A stretch of DNA of 32,265 bases, taken from an uncultured Dehalococcoidia bacterium. GTDB lineage: Bacteria; Chloroflexota; Dehalococcoidia; Lucifugimonadales; UBA826. Below the pieces are notes generated by a model. That model was not told the DNA's origin. It did no database searches and worked only from the letters and a program-made list of their open reading frames with translations. Each line of letters begins with the position of its first letter. Positions within the stretch are counted from its first letter, which is position 1. Positions 1 to 7,622 of this stretch are shown piece after piece. The DNA lies in assembly GCA_964462705.1 (NCBI GenBank), contig CAYWYV010000003.1, positions 3,588 to 35,852 on the forward strand, in the 5' to 3' direction. Made by a program: the position numbers and the translations under genes.

Positions 1-2
1 AT

Positions 3-470
3 GAGAAATCGGATTGTTTGTATCACTGTGGGGAGGTGAGGAAAGGTGCTCGACCTTGTGATAACGCAGCTGAAGGGGTTTTGGACAGAGATCTAATGTC
101 TGTGATTGTGAAAGATGGAGAGAGATCTGAACTTTTCAGTAGTAACTTTCAGATGGCCAGGAATTATTATGGAGAAAATGAAATAACTTTTTTTTATTTA
201 AACACCGGATATGAAATGGCGAGAGTGGAAATGCCATCTTGGGCATCATCAAAGCAACAAAATGTAGATCTTGTTCATTCTGTTGTTATGGAGCAATGCA
301 GGAAAGGTAGAGGATATCCAACAGCCCTGATGGAGGCTCATGAACAGGCGGTTATATCCACAGCAGATCGCCGCTACTTCCTCAATCTTGTCGAAGAGGT
401 TTTGGAGAACAATGGAATAGAGTTCACAACATCCCAGAAGGACAGGTCAAAACGTTTAAGATGGTTGTAA
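3..470 (+). CDS. nurA: NurA-domain 5'-3' nuclease, C-terminal part (5' truncated by window)
   Basis: Frame is open from position 3 (EKSDCLYHCG...). It has ARVEMP and the C-terminal GYPTALMEAHEQAVI motif typical of NurA, and lies directly upstream of HAS-barrel and HerA genes. Confidence 0.85.
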   Translation, partial: EKSDCLYHCGEVRKGARPCDNAAEGVLDRDLMSVIVKDGERSELFSSNFQMARNYYGENEITFFYLNTGYEMARVEMPSWASSKQQNVDLVHSVVMEQCRKGRGYPTALMEAHEQAVISTADRRYFLNLVEEVLENNGIEFTTSQKDRSKRLRWL

Positions 471-471
471 T

Positions 472-1086
472 ATGGTTGACATGAACACCCAATCCAATGA
501 ACACACCACGAGAATTGGGGAAGTAATCGAAAGTGATACCAATGAATTCACAACTCAATGCTATGAATTGTATGGTGCCCCTGCACTTGGATCGTTAGTA
601 AAAGCAGGAGAGTTGGATTCTGTTTATGGTGTTGTCAGCTACTCTCATACTTCCGGATTAGATCCAACAAGGCGACCCGTCGCTAGAGGTGAAGGATTGG
701 CTTCTGAAGAATTGGTTTATGACCAAAACCCTCAGTTGAACAGGTTGCTTACCACAAACTTCAAAACCACGATCGTTGGGTATGAAGTTGCTTCTCAAAT
801 AACAGCATATTTACCACCGAGGCCGCCAAGAATCCACTCTTTTGTTATGCGTTGTGATAAGAGTGAAATTTTGACTTTCGCGAAATCACTCGATTTTATG
901 AGTTCAATACTAGCTGCTAACTTACCTCAGTCCGATGACGTAGTGGCGGCGTTCGTTAGACATGCCTGCCAAGCATTACCAGAAGAGACGGAACTTCGGG
1001 CTGAGTCGGCAAGGCGCTTGGCTTTGCTCCTTGGAAATGACACAAGACGCCTAGAAGGGATTCTGAGGAGGATTCCAAATGACTGA
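472..1086 (+). CDS. Stand-alone HAS-barrel domain protein (HerA/NurA-associated)
   Basis: N-terminal IGEVIES...PALGSLV...VYGVV beta-barrel pattern and YLPPRPPRIH; sits between nurA and herA with 1-nt gap and 8-nt overlap. Confidence 0.7.
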   Translation: MVDMNTQSNEHTTRIGEVIESDTNEFTTQCYELYGAPALGSLVKAGELDSVYGVVSYSHTSGLDPTRRPVARGEGLASEELVYDQNPQLNRLLTTNFKTTIVGYEVASQITAYLPPRPPRIHSFVMRCDKSEILTFAKSLDFMSSILAANLPQSDDVVAAFVRHACQALPEETELRAESARRLALLLGNDTRRLEGILRRIPND

Positions 1087-2698
1087 CTCGAATAGGCTTG
1101 GATTGGTTGTAGCCGGGTCACTGGGGGATGGAGTAAAAGTGCGCTTAAGTAGTACCTCTTCCGTGGAAGGGGTAAAAGTAGGTTCTAATGTTGTTATTCA
1201 GGGTCAAGAAAGTAGATTTTTTGGCGTCGTAACCGATATAGCATTGGAATCATCCGATCCATCTTTGCAATTTAATCTTCCGGATGTCTCAGACAAATTC
1301 ATAAGAGATACTTTAAGTGGCACCTCAGCATATGGGGCTATAACTGTGGAGCCGATGTTGACTATTGGTATTGATCAACAAGCAGATTCCACAGGTCCAA
1401 TGCCTGCAAAAACTATTCCGGCTCATTTCTCCGAAGTGATGGAAGCCAGTGAAGAGGATATAAACAGCGTTTTTGGTTCTGAGGCTGATGGAGGATTCTG
1501 GATTGGTAGCCCTCTGGATATGGAGGCGAAACTTTGCCTTAATCTTGATGAGATGGTCAAAAGAAGTAATGGCGTTTTTGGCAAAAGTGGGACAGGTAAG
1601 ACCTTTTTGACTAGGTTGCTTTTGATTGGCATTCTGCAAAGTGGTAAGGCGAGTAATCTGATCTTTGATATGCATAATGAATACGGCTGGAAAGGCACCA
1701 GTGAGAGAAATCATGATGTAAAAGGCCTGAAGCAGCTATTTAGCTCGAAAGTATCTGTTTTTTCTATGGATTCAGAGAGTGCGGAAAGGCGGGGATTTGT
1801 CCCTGACCACGTAGTCAGTTTTGGGTATTCGGACATAGCACCTGAGGATATACAACTTCTCAGAGAGACCCTAGATTTAACCTCGATAGCGGCTGATGCT
1901 GCATATTCACTTGAGGCTCATTTTGGACCGGGTAGATGGTTCAACTCATTTATAAACTTATCGAGTGAGGCAACCAATGAACTGGCTAGTGAAATCAATG
2001 TTAACAGTTCCGCTTTGGCAGCCCTTAGAAGGCGTCTTGAACGTTTGACGCGGTTCGATTTTGTTTCTCAGGATAGAGTTGAGGATTCAGCTGAGATGAT
2101 TTTGCAGAGACTTAACGCTGGTCAACATGTTGTACTTGAATTTGGAAAGCACGGCAATAACCCGACTGCGTATATGTTGGTTGCCAATATACTCACAAGG
2201 AGGATATATAACAGGTATCAGAGGCAGAAAGAACTTGCAATGGGAGATAAACTTGCTGAACCTCCTAACTTAGTGATCACGATTGAGGAGGCTCATAGGT
2301 TTTTGAGTTCATCTATGTCTGGACAGACTATATTCGGAACTATCGCTCGTGAAATGAGAAAATATAATGTAACTCTTTTGGTGGTTGATCAGCGTCCCAG
2401 TGATATAGATGAGGAAGTAATGAGTCAGATAGGTACCAAAGTGTCATGTCTGCTTGATAGTGGAAGAGACATAGACTCTGTTTTATCAGGGGTGTCTGGA
2501 AATAGAAAATTGAGAGGGGTACTCGCCAGATTAGAATCCCGACAACAAGCTCTAATATTTGGACACTCTGTGCCAATGCCAGTGGTCGTTCGTACAAGAG
2601 ATTATGGAAGCGCGCAATCATATTCTGATTTGGGGGATGTATCTGTTAGTAACGGAGATTCAAAGAAGGCTTTAGAGGACCTTTTTGGACCTTCTTAA
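1079..2698 (+). CDS. herA: HerA-family ATPase/DNA translocase (HAS barrel + DUF87 P-loop)
   Basis: Walker A GKSGTGKT, IFDMHNEY, Walker B ITIEEAH, arginine-finger region AREMRKY, DQRPS. Confidence 0.88.
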   Translation: MTDSNRLGLVVAGSLGDGVKVRLSSTSSVEGVKVGSNVVIQGQESRFFGVVTDIALESSDPSLQFNLPDVSDKFIRDTLSGTSAYGAITVEPMLTIGIDQQADSTGPMPAKTIPAHFSEVMEASEEDINSVFGSEADGGFWIGSPLDMEAKLCLNLDEMVKRSNGVFGKSGTGKTFLTRLLLIGILQSGKASNLIFDMHNEYGWKGTSERNHDVKGLKQLFSSKVSVFSMDSESAERRGFVPDHVVSFGYSDIAPEDIQLLRETLDLTSIAADAAYSLEAHFGPGRWFNSFINLSSEATNELASEINVNSSALAALRRRLERLTRFDFVSQDRVEDSAEMILQRLNAGQHVVLEFGKHGNNPTAYMLVANILTRRIYNRYQRQKELAMGDKLAEPPNLVITIEEAHRFLSSSMSGQTIFGTIAREMRKYNVTLLVVDQRPSDIDEEVMSQIGTKVSCLLDSGRDIDSVLSGVSGNRKLRGVLARLESRQQALIFGHSVPMPVVVRTRDYGSAQSYSDLGDVSVSNGDSKKALEDLFGPS

Positions 2699-3069
2699 CC
2701 TGATTCTAGTTGGTTAAGATGCTCGTCATCCAAACCGAAATGATGAGCAATTTCGTGGATCAGAGTTTTCGATATTTCCTCTGCCACTTCTTCCTCTGTA
2801 TCGCATATGGATTCAATAGGTTTTTGGAATATCGTTACCTTGTCCGGCAATACCATGTCATAACCGTATCGCTCTGTTAAGGGTATACCTTCGTAGAGAC
2901 CAAGGAGGTCCATCGCGTTCTCGATGCCTGTTCCGACGATTTGGTTCGTCGAAGCGACATCATCGACCACGATATCGACATTTTGGAGCGAGTGGCGAAA
3001 CTCGTCAGGCAAATCAGACAGAGCCTGGCTAACGAGTCTTTCAAACTGTTCACGAGAGATTGAAGTCAC
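2695..3069 (-). CDS. Minimal zincin metallopeptidase (DUF1025/Zincin_1)
   Basis: LLGLYEGIPL, PDKVTIFQ, HEIAHHFG (HExxH). Confidence 0.88.
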   Translation of the reverse strand: MTSISREQFERLVSQALSDLPDEFRHSLQNVDIVVDDVASTNQIVGTGIENAMDLLGLYEGIPLTERYGYDMVLPDKVTIFQKPIESICDTEEEVAEEISKTLIHEIAHHFGLDDEHLNQLESG

Positions 3070-3119
3070 TAACTAATGGTATCAAAAAAAGCCGTTCTTG
3101 AAAGCGTCAAATAATTCTG

Positions 3120-3148
3120 TTGACCCTTCAGGTAGTCTGGGATATCTT
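3120..3148 (+). promoter_or_regulatory. Putative sigma70 promoter for the dehydratase gene
   Basis: TTGACC (3120-3125)-N17-TATCTT (3143-3148), upstream of SD AGGAG (3173-3177) and ATG 3183. Confidence 0.5.
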
Positions 3149-3182
3149 GACTTATGTTTCTAATGGATTACTAGGAGTAAAT

Positions 3183-4349
3183 ATGAAAGTTACAAAAATT
3201 AAAAGCTTTCCGATTACAGATGATGCGGGTCGACTTTATTTCATCGTGAAGGTCGAAACTGATTCTGGAATTTACGGTCTTGGTGAAGTAGGAATAGCTC
3301 GCTGGGGTGCCGCAATAGGGAAGGCTATAGATCATTTATCGGAGATTGTTGTGGGTGAAGACCCATTTAGCACTGAAAAATTGTGGCAGAGGATGTTCAG
3401 AGGTAGCTTTTTCCCCGCTGATAAAGTTTATTCATGCGCAATTAGTGGCATAGATATAGCTTTATGGGACATAAAAGCCAAGGCATTAGATATGCCTCTT
3501 TATAAGCTATTGGGAGGCCCGGTGAGAGATAAGGTAGTGTGTTATCCACATACTGCTGGGAGCAACATTTCAGAATTATTAGAGAGCTGTAAGAAACACA
3601 TCGATGAGGGTTGGAAGTTTGTTAGATGGCACCAACCTGAGACTGGGCCAACTTTTGATTATGTTGATAATTTTAATACGCTTGAACCGGTTGAGTCTAT
3701 TAAAATTGCTGAAGAACAGATGGGTGTTATTAGAGATGCCGTTGGAAAAGATATTCAAATCTGTTTTGACGTTCATACTCGATTAGATACCGCTCATGCT
3801 GTAACTTTGTGTAGAGCTGTGGAGCAATTTCGTCCGTTTTTTATGGAGGATCCCTTAAGGTCAGAAAATCCTGCCAGCTATAGAACCATAGCAAGACATG
3901 TAGCAGTGCCTATTGCTGCTGGTGAACAGTGGGCGAGTAAATGGCCTTTTAGGGAGGTGATTGAAGAGGAACTTATAAACTATGCTCGTATAGACTTGTG
4001 CATAGTCGGAGGTCTGACAGAGGCTTTAAAAATAACTCATTGGGCCGAAACGCATTATATTGATATTGTCCCTCATAACCCATTAGGTCCTGTCAGTGCG
4101 GCAGTTTGTGTAGCTTTATGTATGGCTTCAACGAATGTAGGGGTTCAGGAAATGCCGCAGAGACCAGGAAGCTATGCTACAGATCTATTCCCTAAACAGA
4201 TTGAATGGGAGGACGGATTTGCATGGTGTCCTGACGAGCCTGGTATGGGGGTGGATTTTGACGAAAACGTTGCTGAAACTCGAGTTGTAGATCCAACCGG
4301 TTGGACACCACAACTAAGACGAAATGATGGATCCTTCACAAATTGGTAG
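3183..4349 (+). CDS. Mandelate racemase/muconate lactonizing enzyme family acid-sugar dehydratase (ManD/RspA- or DgoD-like)
   Basis: SGIDIALWDIKAK, metal ligands in DVHTR/EDP/GEQ, PHNP, C-terminal DGSFTNW. Start moved from TTG 3120 to ATG 3183 because of the AGGAG SD. Confidence 0.88.
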   Translation: MKVTKIKSFPITDDAGRLYFIVKVETDSGIYGLGEVGIARWGAAIGKAIDHLSEIVVGEDPFSTEKLWQRMFRGSFFPADKVYSCAISGIDIALWDIKAKALDMPLYKLLGGPVRDKVVCYPHTAGSNISELLESCKKHIDEGWKFVRWHQPETGPTFDYVDNFNTLEPVESIKIAEEQMGVIRDAVGKDIQICFDVHTRLDTAHAVTLCRAVEQFRPFFMEDPLRSENPASYRTIARHVAVPIAAGEQWASKWPFREVIEEELINYARIDLCIVGGLTEALKITHWAETHYIDIVPHNPLGPVSAAVCVALCMASTNVGVQEMPQRPGSYATDLFPKQIEWEDGFAWCPDEPGMGVDFDENVAETRVVDPTGWTPQLRRNDGSFTNW

Positions 4350-4380
4350 CATCAGAAGTAATCACATGTTGTTAGCATAG

Positions 4381-4422
4381 CCATTTGCGTTGTATCCTAA
4401 GCACCGTTTTCAACGCAAATGG
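4381..4422. repeat. Perfect 12-bp inverted repeat with 18-nt spacer
   Basis: CCATTTGCGTTG (4381-4392) / CAACGCAAATGG (4411-4422). Confidence 0.8.
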
Positions 4423-4472
4423 AATAAATAGAGAATTCCTTTAGTAATAGCCAATCTAGGAGGATTAATGAA

Positions 4473-5615
4473 ATGACCGATCTTCGTAAAACGGTCGCCA
4501 TTGTCGGAGTTGATGAGTCCGATGAGATAGGCAAAGTACCTGATAAATCGAACTTAACCCATCATGCTGAGGCAGCCTACAACGCTCTGGAAGACGCTGG
4601 GATGTCCATTAAGGATGTTAATGGATTGTCCACCGCTGGGACTTCAACCTTGAATTTAGCTGAATACCTTGGTATTGAGCCAAGTTTCACCGATACCACT
4701 GCTGTAGGTGGGTCTTCGTTTATCATTCACATTGCTCATGCTATGGCAGCTATTAATGCTGGTTACTGTGATGTGGCACTCGTCACGCACGGAGAAGCTG
4801 GGCGAAGCCGGAGAAGCCGCCCAGGTGGAGATGACGCAGATCCGGGGTCTCAGTTTGAAACCCCATATGGATTCCTGGGAGCGCCAATTAACTATGCTAT
4901 GGCTGCTCGCAGGTACATGCACCAATATGGTGAAGAATATGCTAGACAAGGGATGGCTGAGGTAGCAGTAGCGACTCGCAAATGGGCTCAGCTTAACCCT
5001 AAGGCATACATGAAAGACGATATGTCATTTGATGATTACCATAATTCGCGATGGATTTCTGAACCCTTCCATCTCTTTGATTGCTGTCTTGTAACCGACG
5101 CAGGAGGTGCTTATGTCATTACCTCTGCTGAGAGAGCGAAAGATGCGAAGAAAAAACCTGTCTGGGTTCTGGGCGCTGCCGAGTCGCATGACCACAACCT
5201 AATCAGCCAGATGCCTGACCTCACAAGGACAGTTGCGAAAAATACCGGTCCGGCTGCTTTGGAGAGATCGGGAGTAACTCACGACGATATTGATCTTGCC
5301 ATGATTTATGACTCATTTACTTACACGGTTCTTGCTACCTTAGAAAGCCTTGGTTTTTGTGGGCCAGGAGAGGCTCCGGACTTTGTGGCAAATCAGAGAA
5401 CAGCTCCAGGTGGCGACTTTGCAATGAACACTTCGGGAGGTGGGCTCTCGTACACTCACTCTGGGATGTACGGTATGTTTTTGGTTCTGGAGGCTGTTAG
5501 ACAACTCAGAGGTGAATGTGGGGATCGCCAACTAGATGACCCCAAGCTTTGTCTTATCAATGGCACGGGAGGATCTCTTTCCTCTACCGGTACAACCGTT
5601 CTGGCAATAGATTAG
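4473..5615 (+). CDS. SCP2/Ltp2-type thiolase-fold protein (probable aldolase or non-canonical thiolase)
   Basis: VAIVGV start, VGGSS, NPKA, DCCLVTDAGGA, IYDSFT, NTSGGGLSYTH, EAVRQLRG; SD AGGAGG; followed by a DUF35 gene. Confidence 0.88.
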   Translation: MTDLRKTVAIVGVDESDEIGKVPDKSNLTHHAEAAYNALEDAGMSIKDVNGLSTAGTSTLNLAEYLGIEPSFTDTTAVGGSSFIIHIAHAMAAINAGYCDVALVTHGEAGRSRRSRPGGDDADPGSQFETPYGFLGAPINYAMAARRYMHQYGEEYARQGMAEVAVATRKWAQLNPKAYMKDDMSFDDYHNSRWISEPFHLFDCCLVTDAGGAYVITSAERAKDAKKKPVWVLGAAESHDHNLISQMPDLTRTVAKNTGPAALERSGVTHDDIDLAMIYDSFTYTVLATLESLGFCGPGEAPDFVANQRTAPGGDFAMNTSGGGLSYTHSGMYGMFLVLEAVRQLRGECGDRQLDDPKLCLINGTGGSLSSTGTTVLAID

Positions 5616-5637
5616 GAGCAACTAGGAGTAATTTAAC

Positions 5638-6048
5638 ATGGCTTATAACAAACCTATACCAGTACCACAGGGAGAATCGGACGTATATTGGCAGAAGGCT
5701 AAAGAACATGAGCTCTGGCTTAGGAAATGCAATTCCTGTGACACGGCCTACTTTTATCCCCGAGATATATCACCTTGCTGTTTCTCGAAGGATACTGATT
5801 GGATCAAGGCTAGTGGAAAAGCGTCATTGTTTACCTACGGTATTGTTCAAAGGGCTCCACATCCAGGATTTGTGGATGATGTTCCCTTCGTGACAGCGAT
5901 CGTGGAGTTGGAAGAGGGCCCTAAGATGGCTACTAACATAGTTATAGATAATCCCACTTTTGACAATTTGCAGATCGGAATGGACCTTGAAGTAGTATTT
6001 GAAGATATTACAGAGGAGCTTGCACTTCCCAAGTTCAAACCAGCTTAA
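5638..6048 (+). CDS. DUF35 Zn-ribbon/OB-fold protein (ChsH2 C-terminal-like)
   Basis: CNSC...PRDISPCC zinc ribbon, SGKASLFTY, VELEEGPKMATNIV OB fold. Confidence 0.9.
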   Translation: MAYNKPIPVPQGESDVYWQKAKEHELWLRKCNSCDTAYFYPRDISPCCFSKDTDWIKASGKASLFTYGIVQRAPHPGFVDDVPFVTAIVELEEGPKMATNIVIDNPTFDNLQIGMDLEVVFEDITEELALPKFKPA

Positions 6049-6058
6049 TTTTTTTGTG

Positions 6059-6098
6059 AAATGAGAAGGTACTTCTATGTCGGGGTACTTTCTCATTT
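6059..6098. terminator. Hairpin between convergent genes, probable terminator
   Basis: AAATGAGAAGGTACTTC (6059-6075) pairs with GGGGTACTTTCTCATTT (6082-6098), 17 bp including G-U pairs, 6-nt loop. Confidence 0.65.
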
Positions 6099-6130
6099 AG
6101 TTGGTGAGCTGTGAAAAAGATAGTCTAATT

Positions 6131-6466
6131 CTAGGAAGTCTTTTCTTCTCGAGTATTTTTGCAGGTGGTGCAGGGGCATAAACTCCTCAGCACATCAAAA
6201 GGGAATATTCCAGTGTAGTGAGCGTCACTCCAAAGGAACTGAATAGCGTAATTCCCGATCATTAGATTGTCTTCGACCTTCAGATCGTTGGGCACCGATG
6301 CTGGATCCAACAGCTGTCTTTTACTCCATTCTTCAACACATTCAGCACATTGACAGCTTATTCTTACTTCTCGAGCACCGTAACTGCTTTCATGCCCGTC
6401 ATTCCATCTAATGAGAATTTTTTCACCATACAACCCGACTTTGGCTATTGATATTTGATCTGGCAA
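6131..6466 (-). CDS. DUF971 / gamma-butyrobetaine-hydroxylase N-terminal-like metal-binding protein
   Basis: IRWNDGHES, CQCAEC, IGNYAIQFLWSDAHYTGIF, CPCTTC. Start reassigned to TTG 6466, behind a perfect AAGGAGG SD. Confidence 0.85.
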   Translation of the reverse strand: MPDQISIAKVGLYGEKILIRWNDGHESSYGAREVRISCQCAECVEEWSKRQLLDPASVPNDLKVEDNLMIGNYAIQFLWSDAHYTGIFPFDVLRSLCPCTTCKNTREEKTS

Positions 6467-7046
6467 TTTTGTCCTCCTTTGTCCTCCATGGTGGTGGTTT
6501 TGAATCTGAGTTCGGGCAGTGCATCGACGGTGACAAAGTGATTTTGGTGGGGACCCCAATGTAGGGCAAGTTCCTGAATCGATCTTTGAAGTCCATGCCA
6601 TACCCTACGACAAAAAGATCTTGGATTGTATGTCCAAGGTAGTCTATTGTAACGGGAATTTCTCTTCTTGACGGCTTATCAAGTAGGACACATGTTTGGA
6701 GAGTTTTTGGGTTCAATAGTTTTACCTGGTTTATGAGAAAATCCAGTGTTTTCCCTGTATCTACAATGTCTTCTACGATAATCACATTGGAGTTAGATAT
6801 ATCTTCTAGGTTGGGACTGGCATAAGATATTTCACCACTTGATTTCCCGGAATAACTAGAAACGGTAGCAAAACTTACTTTTACTTCGCCATCTAATTCT
6901 CTCATGAGGTCAGTGGTGAAACATATTGAACCTTTTAACACGGATAACAGAGTAACTGGACCTGTGTGGTTTGCACGTATTTCTTTTCCCAGTCTTGATA
7001 CTGTGGAGGATATTGTAGATTTACTTAAGAATGTACGTAATTTCAT
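6423..7046 (-). CDS. hpt: Hypoxanthine phosphoribosyltransferase (with ~40-aa atypical C-terminal tail)
   Basis: VLKGS, VSSY, PRPP motif IIVEDIVDTGKT, FVVGYGMD, RNLPYIG. Confidence 0.92.
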   Translation of the reverse strand: MKLRTFLSKSTISSTVSRLGKEIRANHTGPVTLLSVLKGSICFTTDLMRELDGEVKVSFATVSSYSGKSSGEISYASPNLEDISNSNVIIVEDIVDTGKTLDFLINQVKLLNPKTLQTCVLLDKPSRREIPVTIDYLGHTIQDLFVVGYGMDFKDRFRNLPYIGVPTKITLSPSMHCPNSDSKPPPWRTKEDKIARSNINSQSRVVW

Positions 7047-7265
7047 GGCAATATATAATCACATTTTAGATACAATTGTTGGTTGGAAAGTTAATAGAAA
7101 GTGAGATCGGACTTCCAAAGACCTCTACGATACTAAACGACGCAAATATCTATTGAAGGTGAATTGGTTTAGGCGGAACGGAGGAAATCATGTTTCCCTT
7201 GAAAAATGAGGAAACATATCTCAAGGTAGATTTCACTTAAAGAATTTTATGCTGAGTGGATATAT

Positions 7266-7556
7266 ATGATTGTGAGAGTGAGTAGAATAACCTTGATTCT
7301 TCCATCTCGTTCTTTGAAAGAAAAACGAGGGATAGTTAAATCCATCATCGAGCGTGTTTCTAATAGATTCAAGGTGTCAATAGCTGAAGTAGATAGTAAT
7401 GACATGCCAGATATAGGAGTTCTTGGACTGGCGGTTGTTAGCACAAAGTCTAGACATGCTGAGTCGGTTCTAAATAAGAGTATTATGTTTCTTGAGAACT
7501 CTCGGCCTGACGTTGAAGTATCAAATATTCAGAGTGAAACCGTTTCAGGATTCTGA
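7266..7556 (+). CDS. DUF503 (YlxP-like) protein
   Basis: SLKEKRGIVKS...RFKVSIAEV...LGLAVVS signature. Confidence 0.88.
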   Translation: MIVRVSRITLILPSRSLKEKRGIVKSIIERVSNRFKVSIAEVDSNDMPDIGVLGLAVVSTKSRHAESVLNKSIMFLENSRPDVEVSNIQSETVSGF

Positions 7557-7622
7557 AATATTTGGGGTCTTTACCACTGTATTGAAATAATAAAAATTTT
7601 AAAATGATGTGAGCTTATACAA

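Noticed and set aside
3120-3182. N-terminal extension of the dehydratase from TTG 3120
   Set aside because: That TTG is part of a -35-like TTGACC; the SD and family N-terminus (MKVTKIK) point to ATG 3183.
6045-6059. TTAATTTTTTTGTGA, repeated exactly at 30700-30714, both at stop codons; TTGTGA resembles a Rex half-site
   Set aside because: Low complexity, no palindromic second half-site, unrelated genes; probably chance.
6467-6601. ORF-track N-terminal extension of DUF971 (MAWTSK...HHHGG)
   Set aside because: Overlaps the conserved hpt core in another frame; a perfect SD precedes TTG 6466.
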